Below, in pieces: positions 9,675-19,512 of a DNA stretch of 64,000 nucleotides. This stretch comes from Desulfobacterales bacterium. Lineage in GTDB: Bacteria; Desulfobacterota; Desulfobacteria; Desulfobacterales; UBA2174. A model generated the notes under the pieces. It was not told the DNA's origin. It saw only the letters and a list, made by a program, of their open reading frames with translations, and searched no databases. The stretch is taken from assembly GCA_963668645.2 (NCBI GenBank), contig CAXXWC010000010.1, positions 426,262-490,261 of the forward strand, written 5' to 3'. Positions within the stretch are counted from its first letter, which is position 1. Each line of letters begins with the position of its first letter. Both the position numbers and the translations under genes were made by a program.

Positions 9675-11234
9675 GTGCCTATGATGGACGGAAAACAATA
9701 TATCGAATCAATAAGAAAGCTGGAGCATGAGGTCTACTTCATGGGGGAAAAGATTCTCCGTGTTGCAGATCATCCCATGTTCCAGCCGCACATTCACACG
9801 GCGGCGATGACGTATGAACTGGCCTGCGATGCGGAGCATGAAGAGATCATGGCCGCCATCTCCCATTTGAACGGCGAAAGGATCAACCGCTTCACCCATA
9901 TCCACCAGAGCATCGACGACTTGGTCAAAAAGATCCGGATGATGCGGTTGCTGGGTCAAAAGACCGGCACCTGCTTTCAGCGTTGCGTCGGGTTAGACGC
10001 TTTAAATGCGCTGTATTGCACGACCTACGACATGGACAGCAAAAACGGCACGGAATATCACAAAGCGTTTTGTCAATTTCTGTCCCATGTGCAGCGAAAC
10101 GATCTGATGTCGGCCGGGGCTATGACCGATCCCCGGGGAGACCGCAGCCTGCGGCCGTCTGAACAGAAAAACCCGAATGCCTATCTTCACATCACAAAGA
10201 AGACCAAGGACGGGATTGTCGTCAACGGGGCCAAGGCTCACATTACCGGGGTGATCAATTCCCACGAGATCATTGCGCTGCCGACGCGGGCCATGGGGGC
10301 AGTAGACGCCGATTTTGCCGTGGCCTTTGCCGTTCCGGTTGATACGCCGGGGATTCGCTACATTTTTTCCAGGCAGACCAACGACAGCCGGCGGCTGGAA
10401 AGCCCGCTTGATGCGGGAAATCCTAAATACGCCATTGTGGGCGGAGAGGCCGTGATCGTATTTACCGACGTTTTTGTCCCGTGGGAGCGGGTGTTTATGG
10501 CCGGCGAGCACGAATTTTGTGCGCCGTTGGTGGAGTCGTTTGCCGGGTATCACCGCTCCAATTACGGCGGGTGCAAGGTTGGGCTGGCCGATGTGGTGAT
10601 CGGCGCCTCGCACTGGATTGCAGACGCCCACGGGGTGGGCAATGCATCGCATATTGTTGACAAGCTCACCGAGATGATCGCCATGGCCGAAACCTGTTGG
10701 TCCTGTTCGCTGGCCTGTTCCTACGAAGGGCACAAGACCCCGTCGGGGGCTTACAACATCAATCCGATGCTGGCCAATGTCACCAAACTCAACATCACCC
10801 GGATGGTTTACGAGTGGATGCGCGTGGCGCAGGATATCGCCGGTGGCAAGATTATCACCCTTCCGTCGGAGCGGGACCTGAGCGTTCCGGAAATCCGCGA
10901 AGTGCTCAAGGAGTGTTTTTGCGGCAAGGAAGGGGTCGATGTGGACCAGATTTTTAAAATGCTCCGGCTGATGGAAAACATGTCCGTGGGGGCGGGACTT
11001 CCGGAGGCGATGCACGGTGCTGGATCGCCGGCCGCGCAGAAGATCATGATTGCCCGAAGAAGCGGTATCGAGAGGAAACGCCGGTATGCCGAGACCGTGG
11101 CCGGCCTTGTCAAAGACGAGAAGTTTGAGACCATCGTCGGTATGCCCGAAGAGCAATACTGGGCAGCTAACCGGGGAAAAATCTACGAGGCCCGGCTGCG
11201 CTGTTGTAAAAACGCAGTTGCGGCAGGGTCCTGA
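9675..11234 (+). CDS. abfD: 4-hydroxybutyryl-CoA dehydratase/vinylacetyl-CoA isomerase (AbfD family)
   Basis: TGTCFQRCVG (CxxxC) and HRSNYGGCK carry the [4Fe-4S] ligand pattern. Also GAMTDPRGDRS and MHGAGSPAAQ. RBS AAGGAGG. Confidence 0.9.
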   Translation: MPMMDGKQYIESIRKLEHEVYFMGEKILRVADHPMFQPHIHTAAMTYELACDAEHEEIMAAISHLNGERINRFTHIHQSIDDLVKKIRMMRLLGQKTGTCFQRCVGLDALNALYCTTYDMDSKNGTEYHKAFCQFLSHVQRNDLMSAGAMTDPRGDRSLRPSEQKNPNAYLHITKKTKDGIVVNGAKAHITGVINSHEIIALPTRAMGAVDADFAVAFAVPVDTPGIRYIFSRQTNDSRRLESPLDAGNPKYAIVGGEAVIVFTDVFVPWERVFMAGEHEFCAPLVESFAGYHRSNYGGCKVGLADVVIGASHWIADAHGVGNASHIVDKLTEMIAMAETCWSCSLACSYEGHKTPSGAYNINPMLANVTKLNITRMVYEWMRVAQDIAGGKIITLPSERDLSVPEIREVLKECFCGKEGVDVDQIFKMLRLMENMSVGAGLPEAMHGAGSPAAQKIMIARRSGIERKRRYAETVAGLVKDEKFETIVGMPEEQYWAANRGKIYEARLRCCKNAVAAGS

Positions 11235-11241
11235 GGCGGAA

Positions 11242-11559
11242 ATGGCGGATCGGCCGGTCATACGGGTGAGATACTGCGGCGGCTGCAACCCGGAAATCGA
11301 GCGGGCGCAGGTCGTCAAAGAGATCGAGTCCCTGATGAAGGCCGAGGCGTCGTTTGCCATTTCAAGCGAAGCGGACCTGCTTTTGTTGGTCAACGGCTGC
11401 GCCCACGGCTGTCTGGACCAGGAGTCGGCTGAATCCTGCGGTGTGCGACGCTTGTCGGTGCAGGGCCGGAGGATCGACTGCAGGCCGGTCTGTGAAAAGG
11501 ATTTGGCGGCGGCGGCCGCCGCCCGGATCCGGGAGCTATTGAAGCGGCCGCAGGGTTGA
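11242..11559 (+). CDS. Small Cys-rich CGGC-motif protein (105 aa)
   Basis: ATG after GAGG. RVRYCGGCNP and LLVNGCAHGC motifs. Fills the gap between abfD and thiolase. Confidence 0.7.
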   Translation: MADRPVIRVRYCGGCNPEIERAQVVKEIESLMKAEASFAISSEADLLLLVNGCAHGCLDQESAESCGVRRLSVQGRRIDCRPVCEKDLAAAAAARIRELLKRPQG

Positions 11560-11701
11560 AGCGACGCCGGTCGATGGCTTCGGCGAAATCCCGATTCAGC
11601 CGTCGCCTGAATTCAGCGGCTCCTGCTTTTTCAATCTTTCGCAGGGAGCAAAAATAAAATCGCGATAGCGATGTTATGCCGGACAACGAAAGGAATGATC
11701 C

Positions 11702-12952
11702 ATGAAAGAGGTGGTAATCGTATCGGGTTGCCGGACGGCCATCGGAAGTTTCGGAGGAAGCCTGAGGGACATGACCGCGGCGGCCATTGCCGCCGTGACC
11801 ATGGAAGAAGCGGTCCGGCGGGCCGGGATCGATTCGGGGCTGATCGATGATGTCCGCTACGGATGCTGCATCGAACCGGCAGACACCTTGAATGTGGCCC
11901 GGGTGGCTGCGCTTCTGGCTGGCATCCCGGCAAGTGTTCCGGCGGTCACCATCAATCGGGTCTGCATCTCTGGAATGGAGGCGGTGGTCTCGGCAGCGGC
12001 GATGATCCAGTGCGGAATGGCCGACGTGGTTCTCGCCGGCGGGGTCGAGCATATGTCCGGGGTCGCCTACCAGGTGCCCGGAGCCCGATGGGGGTGCCGG
12101 CTCCAGGACCAAGTCATGGTCGACGCTTTGATCCGGTCGCTGTACTGCGGCTCGCACCTGATTCCCCATCCGGAGGATGGCCCGGTCGACAGTGAGAGGC
12201 CGCCCCTGGCCTTGTGCAAGGGGAAGCCGTATATCATGGGCCAGACCGCCGAATTTGTGGCCCAGCACCTGGATATCTCCAGACAGGAGATGGACGAAGT
12301 GGCACTGCGAAGCCACCGAAACGTGGAGACGGCCACCAAAGAAGGACGGCTTAAAGATGAAATCGTGCCGGTGCAGGTGCCGAAAAGAAAGGGACCGCCG
12401 GCGATCTTTGACACCGACGAGCATTTTCGGCCCGGCATCACTATCGAGGATCTCCAAAAGCTGCCGCCGGCATTTGTGAAAGACGGCGGAAAGGTGACGG
12501 CCGGCAATTCCAGCGGCATCAACGACGGGGCCGCCGGCATGGTGATTATGTCCGCGGAAAAGGCAAAAAAGCTTTCGATATCGCCTCTGGCAAGGATCCG
12601 GGCAGTGGGCAAAGGCGCCTGCCACCCGTCGGTGATGGGCCTGTCGCCGGTGCCGGCGGTCCGTCAGCTCTGCGACAAAGGCGGCTTTTCAATCTCCGAT
12701 TTTGAACTGATTGAACTCAATGAGGCATTTGCCGCTCAGTACATTGGATGCGAGAGGGAACTGGGCCTTGACCGGGACCGGACCAATCTCAACGGGTCGG
12801 GAATCGGGCTGGGGCATCCGATCGGCGCCACCGGTGCGCGCATCCTGGTATCGCTGATCTACGGGATGAAAAATCGCGGAAAAAACCTGGGGCTGGCCAC
12901 TTTGTGCGGCGGCGGTGGCGTTTCCATGGCCTGCGCGCTTGAAGCGCTATAA
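11702..12952 (+). CDS. Acetyl-CoA C-acetyltransferase (thiolase)
   Basis: RTAIGSFGG, INRVCISG, VTAGNSSGINDGAA, ELNEAFAAQ, GHPIGATGARI, TLCGGGG. Confidence 0.95.
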   Translation: MKEVVIVSGCRTAIGSFGGSLRDMTAAAIAAVTMEEAVRRAGIDSGLIDDVRYGCCIEPADTLNVARVAALLAGIPASVPAVTINRVCISGMEAVVSAAAMIQCGMADVVLAGGVEHMSGVAYQVPGARWGCRLQDQVMVDALIRSLYCGSHLIPHPEDGPVDSERPPLALCKGKPYIMGQTAEFVAQHLDISRQEMDEVALRSHRNVETATKEGRLKDEIVPVQVPKRKGPPAIFDTDEHFRPGITIEDLQKLPPAFVKDGGKVTAGNSSGINDGAAGMVIMSAEKAKKLSISPLARIRAVGKGACHPSVMGLSPVPAVRQLCDKGGFSISDFELIELNEAFAAQYIGCERELGLDRDRTNLNGSGIGLGHPIGATGARILVSLIYGMKNRGKNLGLATLCGGGGVSMACALEAL

Positions 12953-13105
12953 ACGAAGAGCGAATAAAAGCAGGAAACACCGGTGTTCTTTTGAGATACC
13001 CAAACCGGCACGGCTCTTTTTTCAATTTTCGGCATTTGGGGCGGGTTCATATTCCTTTTTGCCGGCCTATGATTTTAGGTGCATCTATCAAAGGAGGTAG
13101 TTTCG

Positions 13106-14431
13106 ATGGAAGAAACGAAAGTGGCGATCGTCCGATACGAAAGCCCGGAGGCATCGGTTCAAAAAGCCGTGGATCTTTCCGAAGGCCTGGCCCGGCTACC
13201 CGCCGGGGCCCGGGTGTTTGTCAAACCGAACGTGGTCTACTGGACCGATGCGGTGGCCTTTCCGAAATGGGGACTGATCACCACCTCGCGGGTGGTGGAA
13301 GACACGGTGCGTATCCTGAAGGACCACGGCGCCAGTGAGATCCTCATCGGCGAAGGGCCGGTAATCACCGATCCGAAAGATATGGAAATGGCGAAAAAAG
13401 CCTTCGACTACCTCGGTTACCCGAGCCTTTGCCGGCGATATGGAGTCAAGGTGATCAACGTCTTCGAGCGGCCCTTCAAGAAGGTGGATCTGGGGGACGA
13501 CATCTTTCTCAACTTCAACACCGATATTCTGGAAAGCGACTTTGTGGTCAGCCTGCCGGTGCTCAAGACCCATGCCCAGACCGTGGTCAGTCTCGGCATC
13601 AAGAACCTGAAGGGGACGATCGACATCGTCTCGCGAAAAAAATGCCACAATGCCACCCCGGGAAGAGACCTGAACCACATGGTAGCCCGGCTGGCCGATC
13701 CGATGCCGCCGATGTTCACGCTGATCGACGGGATCTACACCAACGAACGGGGGCCGTGGTTCGACGGCCGACCGAGACGCAGCGATCTGTTGATCGCCTC
13801 GGCCGACCCTCTATCTGCGGACATCGTCGGAGCGGCGGTACTCGGACACGAAGCAAAAAACGTACCGCATCTGGCGGCGGCAGCGGCCAACCGCAACCGG
13901 CCGGCCGATCTTTCCGGCATCCGGGTGGTGGGCGAATCGATTGAAGATGTGGCCTCCTTTCACGAGCATGCGTTTCCTTATACCGAGGACGGTGCGCTGC
14001 CGCTGCCGATGGCCAAGGCGGGGATCAGTGGCATTGCTTACCGGAAATACGACCTGACCATGTGCACCTACTGCTCGGGCATCAACGGCGCGGTGGTGGC
14101 CGGCATTGCCAGGGCCTGGAAAGGCGAGCCCTGGGACGATGTGGAAATTCTCACCGGAAAGGAGATGGCCCCGACCCCGGGCAAGAAAAAAACGATCCTG
14201 CTGGGCCAGTGCATGTACAAGGCCCACCGGAAAAATCCGGACATCAACGAGTTGATCGCCGTCAAGGGGTGTCCGCCCAAACCCGACGACATCCTGGCCG
14301 CCCTGCAAAAGGCCGGCATCGACGTCGATCCGGAATTTTTCGAGCACCTGGACCGGTATCCGGGGCTTTTCATGCGCCGCTATAAGGACCGGCCCGAATT
14401 TGAAGAATCGTTTTTCAAAATCGCCGAATGA
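13106..14431 (+). CDS. DUF362-family Fe-S protein with Cys-containing C-terminal extension
   Basis: AGGAGG RBS. VFVKPN, IGEG, SLPVLKTH..VSLGIKNLKG, IDGI..ERGP, plus C-terminal MCTYC, LLGQC and VKGCPP. Confidence 0.8.
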   Translation: MEETKVAIVRYESPEASVQKAVDLSEGLARLPAGARVFVKPNVVYWTDAVAFPKWGLITTSRVVEDTVRILKDHGASEILIGEGPVITDPKDMEMAKKAFDYLGYPSLCRRYGVKVINVFERPFKKVDLGDDIFLNFNTDILESDFVVSLPVLKTHAQTVVSLGIKNLKGTIDIVSRKKCHNATPGRDLNHMVARLADPMPPMFTLIDGIYTNERGPWFDGRPRRSDLLIASADPLSADIVGAAVLGHEAKNVPHLAAAAANRNRPADLSGIRVVGESIEDVASFHEHAFPYTEDGALPLPMAKAGISGIAYRKYDLTMCTYCSGINGAVVAGIARAWKGEPWDDVEILTGKEMAPTPGKKKTILLGQCMYKAHRKNPDINELIAVKGCPPKPDDILAALQKAGIDVDPEFFEHLDRYPGLFMRRYKDRPEFEESFFKIAE

Positions 14432-14670
14432 AAAAAGAAAGCCACCGAATGTGGGCCGCTTTATCGCCCGGCACAAGGACAAATTCCAGCGAATGCACAG
14501 TCGCTTGCCACGGTTCGAATGCGCGAAGCAGCGCGGCACGGGCTGCAGCTAAGCTCGCCGTTCGGCGGCTCTACCTCGATCACGTTGGCCGTAGTTGTCG
14601 ACGCCAGCAAACGTTATGATCGCCAACCACTGTCAGGACGTCTCCAGTTGCAGGGGAGCACGGAAAGAAG

Positions 14671-15429
14671 ATGGCCGACTGCAACCCATCGCTTCGCATT
14701 TCAGGGATCATTCTGGCCGCGGGCGCCTCATCGAGAATGGGCCGCTGCAAGCAGCTTCTGCCTGTTGCCCGCACAAGTATGCTGGGGCAGGTGGTTGAAC
14801 ACGCCCGCCGATCGGACCTGAACGATATCGTCGTTGTTCTCGGTCATCGGTCGGACCAGATACGGGCGCAGGTCGACCTGAGCGGCACCACCGTTGTCGT
14901 CAACCCCGATTATGCGCTGGGACAGAGCACCTCGGTAAAAGCCGGCATCGCCCGGGTGGCAGAGGCCGCCGATGCGGCGATGATCCTGCTGGGCGATCAG
15001 CCCCTGGTGCAAGAGGAGGTCATCAACTGCCTGATTCGATCGTTCCGCCATAGCCGAGCGCCGATTGTCGTTCCTGTTTTTCAGGGGCGGCGTGGAAACC
15101 CGGTGATCATTGCCCGGGTCCTGTTTGACGAACTGATCGCCTGCCTCATCGGTGATACCGGAGCCCGGATCCTCTTTTCGACCCATTCGGACGAAATCCA
15201 ACGCGTAGCGGTTTCGACCGACGCTGTCCTTTTCGATGTCGATCAGATGGCTGACTACCATCGCCTGCTGGCCCGATCCGGACCGGGCGAAGGCTCCGCG
15301 GCCCGGGCCGATCAAACCGAAGCCCGATCCCAAAACGATCATCAAGCGGTCGGGTCCACCACCGGTCTGTCCGCAACCGGGGATGTGACGCGACGCTTTG
15401 ACCCTACTCAAACAGACGGCGGAGTGTGA
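14671..15429 (+). CDS. Molybdenum cofactor cytidylyltransferase (MocA-like NTP transferase)
   Basis: GIILAAGASSRMGRCKQLL, GQSTSVKAG, LGDQP, GNPV, GDTGAR, DVD. Confidence 0.88.
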   Translation: MADCNPSLRISGIILAAGASSRMGRCKQLLPVARTSMLGQVVEHARRSDLNDIVVVLGHRSDQIRAQVDLSGTTVVVNPDYALGQSTSVKAGIARVAEAADAAMILLGDQPLVQEEVINCLIRSFRHSRAPIVVPVFQGRRGNPVIIARVLFDELIACLIGDTGARILFSTHSDEIQRVAVSTDAVLFDVDQMADYHRLLARSGPGEGSAARADQTEARSQNDHQAVGSTTGLSATGDVTRRFDPTQTDGGV

Positions 15430-16460
15430 CAATGGGAGTTTTGAAGAAGATAAAGGTGGAAGATGCAGTCGGATTGTCTCTGGCCCACGACATAACCAGA
15501 ATCGTTCCCGGAAAATTCAAAGGGGTAGGATTCAAGAACGGACATGTGATCCGCAAGGAAGATATTCCCGAACTGCTGAAAATCGGAAAGCGGAGCATCT
15601 ACATCATGACCCTGGACGAAAATCAGATTCACGAGGATGACGCCGCCTTGCGGATCGCTCCGGCAATATGCGGCAAGAATCTGAGGTGGACCGATCCAAA
15701 AGAGGGCAAGTCCAACATCGTCTGTGAAATGGACGGCCTGCTGCGGGTTCGGGCAGACGCCCTGCTTTCCCTCAACATGATCGGGGATATCATCGTTTCC
15801 ACAATCAAAGACGCAACCCCCTGCTGCAAGGATCAGATCGTTTGCGGAACGCGGATCATCCCGCTGATGATCGACAAGGAAAAAATCGAAGCCCTGGAAG
15901 AAACGGCCCGCCGCAATGGACCGGTTCTGGAAATCCTTCCCTATCTGAAAAAACGGGTCGGGGTTCTGGTCACCGGGTCGGAACTCTACCATGGCCTGAT
16001 CAAGGACGAGTCCGATACCTATATCGGCAACAAACTGAAACAATACGGATGCTGGATCGAAAAAAAGATGGTGGCCAGCGACGATCCGGTGATGATCTCA
16101 GATGCACTGTCGGCGTTGAAGGCGGCCGGCTGCGAATTGATCATCGCAACCGGCGGACTTTCGGTGGATCCGGACGATGTGACCCGCGCAGGCGTCCGCA
16201 TGGCCGGCGCCCAAATCATTTCCTACGGCGCCCCGATCCTGCCCGGGGCCATGTTTTTCAACGCCCGGCTGGGAGAGGTTCCCATCATGGGACTGCCTGC
16301 CTGCGTCTTCTACCACAAGCGCACGGCATACGATCTGATGCTGCCGCGCCTGCTGGCAGGGGCACAGCCAACCGCCGAACAGATCGCCGCGATGGGCCAT
16401 GGGGGCCTGTGCATGAGATGCGAAGTTTGCCATTTTCCGTCCTGTCCCTTTGGCAGGTAA
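15426..16460 (+). CDS. Molybdopterin-binding MoeA-like protein
   Basis: VEDAVGLSLAHDITRIVPG, HEDDAA, TGSE, TGGLSVDPDD, YGAPILPGAMF, GLPAC, GGLCMRCEVCHFPSCPFG. Confidence 0.88.
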   Translation: MTMGVLKKIKVEDAVGLSLAHDITRIVPGKFKGVGFKNGHVIRKEDIPELLKIGKRSIYIMTLDENQIHEDDAALRIAPAICGKNLRWTDPKEGKSNIVCEMDGLLRVRADALLSLNMIGDIIVSTIKDATPCCKDQIVCGTRIIPLMIDKEKIEALEETARRNGPVLEILPYLKKRVGVLVTGSELYHGLIKDESDTYIGNKLKQYGCWIEKKMVASDDPVMISDALSALKAAGCELIIATGGLSVDPDDVTRAGVRMAGAQIISYGAPILPGAMFFNARLGEVPIMGLPACVFYHKRTAYDLMLPRLLAGAQPTAEQIAAMGHGGLCMRCEVCHFPSCPFGR

Positions 16461-16470
16461 GGTGCAACCC

Positions 16471-17469
16471 ATGATCAAAAAAGCTCAGGAGTGGATCAAA
16501 AACGGCAGGCAAGTGGCGCTGGCCACGGTCATCGCCACTTGGGGGTCGTCATCGCGCCAGGCGGGAAGCCAGTTGGTGGTCGACAGCAGCGGAAGATTCG
16601 AGGGCTCCGTTTCCGGGGGCTGCGTCGAAGGCGCCGTGGTCGAAGAAGCCCTGGGGGTGATCCGCGAGGGAAAACCCAAGCGGGTGTTTTTCGGCGTCAC
16701 CCAGGATCAGGCCTGGGAAGTGGGACTGGCCTGCGGCGGAGAGATCGAGATTTTCATCGAAAAGGTCACCTGGGCTGCGGACCTGGACCGCCTGGTTGAA
16801 CTTTGCGCCGCAAGCCGTCCGGCGTGCCTGATCACCGATCTTGCCCAAGGCGACAAGCGCCTGGTGCCTCTGGATGCACCCGATGCCGTCAAGGCGCTTT
16901 CTTCGGACATGCGGCCCCATGTCGAAAAATTCATCCAGGGCGGGCGCAACACGGTCGTCGAAGCCGGCGGGCGCACCGTCTTTTTGCATCGGTTCTATCC
17001 GCCGCCCGAACTGATTGTCGTCGGCGCGGTTCATATCGCAAAGCCCCTGTGCGTGTTTGCCCGAACCGCCGGTTATAAGGTGACCGTCATCGACCCTCGC
17101 AGCGCATTTGCCAATCCGGACCGCTTCCCGGACATCCCCTTTGTTGTGGAATGGCCCGATGAGGCGATGGAACAGATGAACCTTCACCCCGCAACAGCGG
17201 TGGTCGCCCTGTGCCACGACCCCAAGATCGACGACCCGGCACTGGCAGCGGCCCTGGGCTCCAAGGCCTTTTATATCGGGGCCCTGGGCAGCCGCAAAAC
17301 CCACAAGGAACGCCTCGAACGGCTGCGTTCGGCCGGGTTCGCCGACGAGGCCCTGAAACGGATACACGGCCCGGTCGGCCTCGACATCGGCGCCCTCAAC
17401 CCGGAAGAGATCGCCATCGCCATCATGGCCGAGATGACCGCGGTGCGCCGAAACCGAAACGGGTCATAA
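16471..17469 (+). CDS. xdhC: XdhC/CoxI family Moco chaperone
   Basis: ALATVIATWGSS, GSVSGGCVEG, GLACGGEI, GAVHIA, HDPKIDDPAL, YIGALGSRK, GPVGLDIGA..PEEIA. Confidence 0.92.
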   Translation: MIKKAQEWIKNGRQVALATVIATWGSSSRQAGSQLVVDSSGRFEGSVSGGCVEGAVVEEALGVIREGKPKRVFFGVTQDQAWEVGLACGGEIEIFIEKVTWAADLDRLVELCAASRPACLITDLAQGDKRLVPLDAPDAVKALSSDMRPHVEKFIQGGRNTVVEAGGRTVFLHRFYPPPELIVVGAVHIAKPLCVFARTAGYKVTVIDPRSAFANPDRFPDIPFVVEWPDEAMEQMNLHPATAVVALCHDPKIDDPALAAALGSKAFYIGALGSRKTHKERLERLRSAGFADEALKRIHGPVGLDIGALNPEEIAIAIMAEMTAVRRNRNGS

Positions 17470-17600
17470 AGCGACTTTCGGAATTCATGGCACGGCGGTA
17501 TCGATCATTTGCCGCTCGGCACCGGAGGACCGGCGAGACTTTGGGTCATGGGGGGCAAAGGCTCGATTCAGCCGATTCTCAACGAAACGAGACGGAGAAG

Positions 17601-18845
17601 ATGATGCGCTTCGATGCGGAGCGGTTGGCATTACAATTCAGCATCCTGAAGCGGAAAGTAAACGGCAGGCCGCTTCATTACCTGGACAATGCCGCCACGT
17701 CCCAGATGCCCGATTGCGTTATCGAGGCCGTCGTACGCCACGACAAAACCCGCCGTGCCAACGTGCGCCGGGGGATTCACCACCTGTCGGAGCTGGCGGA
17801 TGCCGCCTACGAGGCGGCAAGAGGAGATGTCGCACGCTATCTGGGGGTCGAGCGGGCCGAGGAAGTCGTCTTCACCGGCGGGGCGACCGCGGGGATCAAC
17901 CTGCTGGCCCACGGCCTTGGAGCCGCGCTCAAACCCGAAGACGGGGTACTGGTCTCCGAACTGGAGCACCACAGCAACATCATCCCCTGGCAGCTTCTCA
18001 AAAAACGGCAAGGCATTACCTTGTCCTATCTTCCGGTCACCGAAGACGGGCGCCTTGATCTGAGCAAGCTTGACCGGTACATCAACCAAAAAACAAAAAT
18101 CGTTTCCCTGACCCATGGATCGAATGTGACCGGGGCGGTCAGCGACGTGGCCCGCATCGCCAAGGCGGCCCATGAAGCCGGGGCCGTCCTGGTGCTGGAC
18201 GGTGCCCAGACGGCACCCCACGGTCCGTTGGACCTGTCGGCCCTCGACGCTGATTTTTACGTTTTTTCCGGCCACAAGGTGCTCGGTCCCAGCGGCATCG
18301 GCGTGTTGTGGGGACGCAAAGCACTGCTGGATCGGATGCCGCCGGTGTTCGGCGGCGGGGAGATGATCGCAGAAGTCAGCCTCGAAGAAAGCCATTTTCT
18401 TCCTCCCCCGCACCGCTTTGAAGCCGGCACCCCTCCGATCACCCAGGCCGTGGGGCTGGCAGCGGCCCTTGCCTGGTTCGGTTCCCAGGACATTGCCGCA
18501 ATCCGGGCTCATGTGGGGCATCTTACCGGGCAGATCATCGAGGGACTTTCACGAATCGACGCAGGCCGGGAAACGATCCGGGTCCTTGGCCCCAAAGAAC
18601 CCGAAAAGCGATTGCCGCTCGTCTCCTTTGCCGTTCGAGGCATCCATCCGCACGACGTCTGCCAGATCCTCAACGACCGCCACGGCGTGGCCCTGCGCGG
18701 CGGCCATCACTGCGCCCAGCCGCTTCACGACCGATTCGCTCTGGACGGCACCACCCGGGCCAGCCTTGCCGCCTATAACCGTCAAGCCGACGTCGATGCG
18801 TTTCTCAACGGAATCGAGGACTGCATCGACAAGTTCGGACGATAA
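17601..18845 (+). CDS. sufS: SufS-type cysteine desulfurase
   Basis: YLDNAATSQ, NVRRG, EHHSNIIPWQ, DGAQ, SGHKVLGPSGIG, FEAGTPP, RGGHHCAQPL. Confidence 0.92.
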   Translation: MMRFDAERLALQFSILKRKVNGRPLHYLDNAATSQMPDCVIEAVVRHDKTRRANVRRGIHHLSELADAAYEAARGDVARYLGVERAEEVVFTGGATAGINLLAHGLGAALKPEDGVLVSELEHHSNIIPWQLLKKRQGITLSYLPVTEDGRLDLSKLDRYINQKTKIVSLTHGSNVTGAVSDVARIAKAAHEAGAVLVLDGAQTAPHGPLDLSALDADFYVFSGHKVLGPSGIGVLWGRKALLDRMPPVFGGGEMIAEVSLEESHFLPPPHRFEAGTPPITQAVGLAAALAWFGSQDIAAIRAHVGHLTGQIIEGLSRIDAGRETIRVLGPKEPEKRLPLVSFAVRGIHPHDVCQILNDRHGVALRGGHHCAQPLHDRFALDGTTRASLAAYNRQADVDAFLNGIEDCIDKFGR

Positions 18846-18858
18846 GGTTTTACCAAGA

Positions 18859-19335
18859 ATGCGCAACGATCTGTACAACGAACAGATGCTGGCATGGTGC
18901 GAAAAAAACGACCATGCAGGGACCATGGCCGATTTCGACGCCGAGGCGACCCTTTCCAACCCCCTGTGCGGCGACCGGGTGACGATCCGATTGAAAATGG
19001 ACGCAGACCGGATCGCGAAGCTCCGCTATCAGGTCAGGGGGTGCCTCCTTTGCAAGGCCTCCTGCGCCCACATGGCTGCGCTGGTCTGCGGTTTGGATGA
19101 ACCGGGACTGAGAGCGCTCAAAGAAAAATTCGAAGGATTTTTACAATCAGCGCCGGGTAACAGGCTGGCAGTTTCAGTCGCCCATGAAGTCTTTTCCCCT
19201 GTGCGTTCCCGCAAGAGCCGCCACCGTTGTGTCCTGCTTCCTTACAACACCGCACTCGAAGCGCTTGAGCGATCGATCCCGGATTTTTGCCCGCATAGAA
19301 AAGCCAAATCACACAACTTTCACTGTTCGTCGTGA
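18859..19335 (+). CDS. SufU/NifU-N-like sulfur acceptor or scaffold protein
   Basis: NPLCGD, GCLLCKAS and RHRC give three conserved Cys. Directly downstream of sufS. Confidence 0.85.
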   Translation: MRNDLYNEQMLAWCEKNDHAGTMADFDAEATLSNPLCGDRVTIRLKMDADRIAKLRYQVRGCLLCKASCAHMAALVCGLDEPGLRALKEKFEGFLQSAPGNRLAVSVAHEVFSPVRSRKSRHRCVLLPYNTALEALERSIPDFCPHRKAKSHNFHCSS

Positions 19336-19512
19336 GGTCGAAGGCGGCTGCACGGTTTCCTCGCCGATGCTCTCGGGTTTCGTGTTTAATCTACAGCCTG
19401 CGGTCCTGCGCTGGGTGCCGCTGGGCTGCGAATCGATGCGACAACGGCCGCAGCAACGTCTTTAGCGGTACCGGCAAAAGTTCTGATAAGGAACATTGAC
19501 AACTATCTCAAA

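Noticed and set aside
10002..12625. Long minus-strand ORFs (463 and 411 aa)
   Set aside because: Antisense shadows of abfD and thiolase in GC-rich DNA, with no recognisable motifs.
12955..13100. Possible Moco riboswitch before the DUF362/Moco genes
   Set aside because: Contains GGAAAC, but no further conserved elements or convincing stems were seen.
17211..17600. N-terminal extension of the 544-aa SufS ORF (likewise 18418-18858 for SufU)
   Set aside because: The extensions overlap upstream genes in another frame. Family similarity starts at 17601 and 18859.
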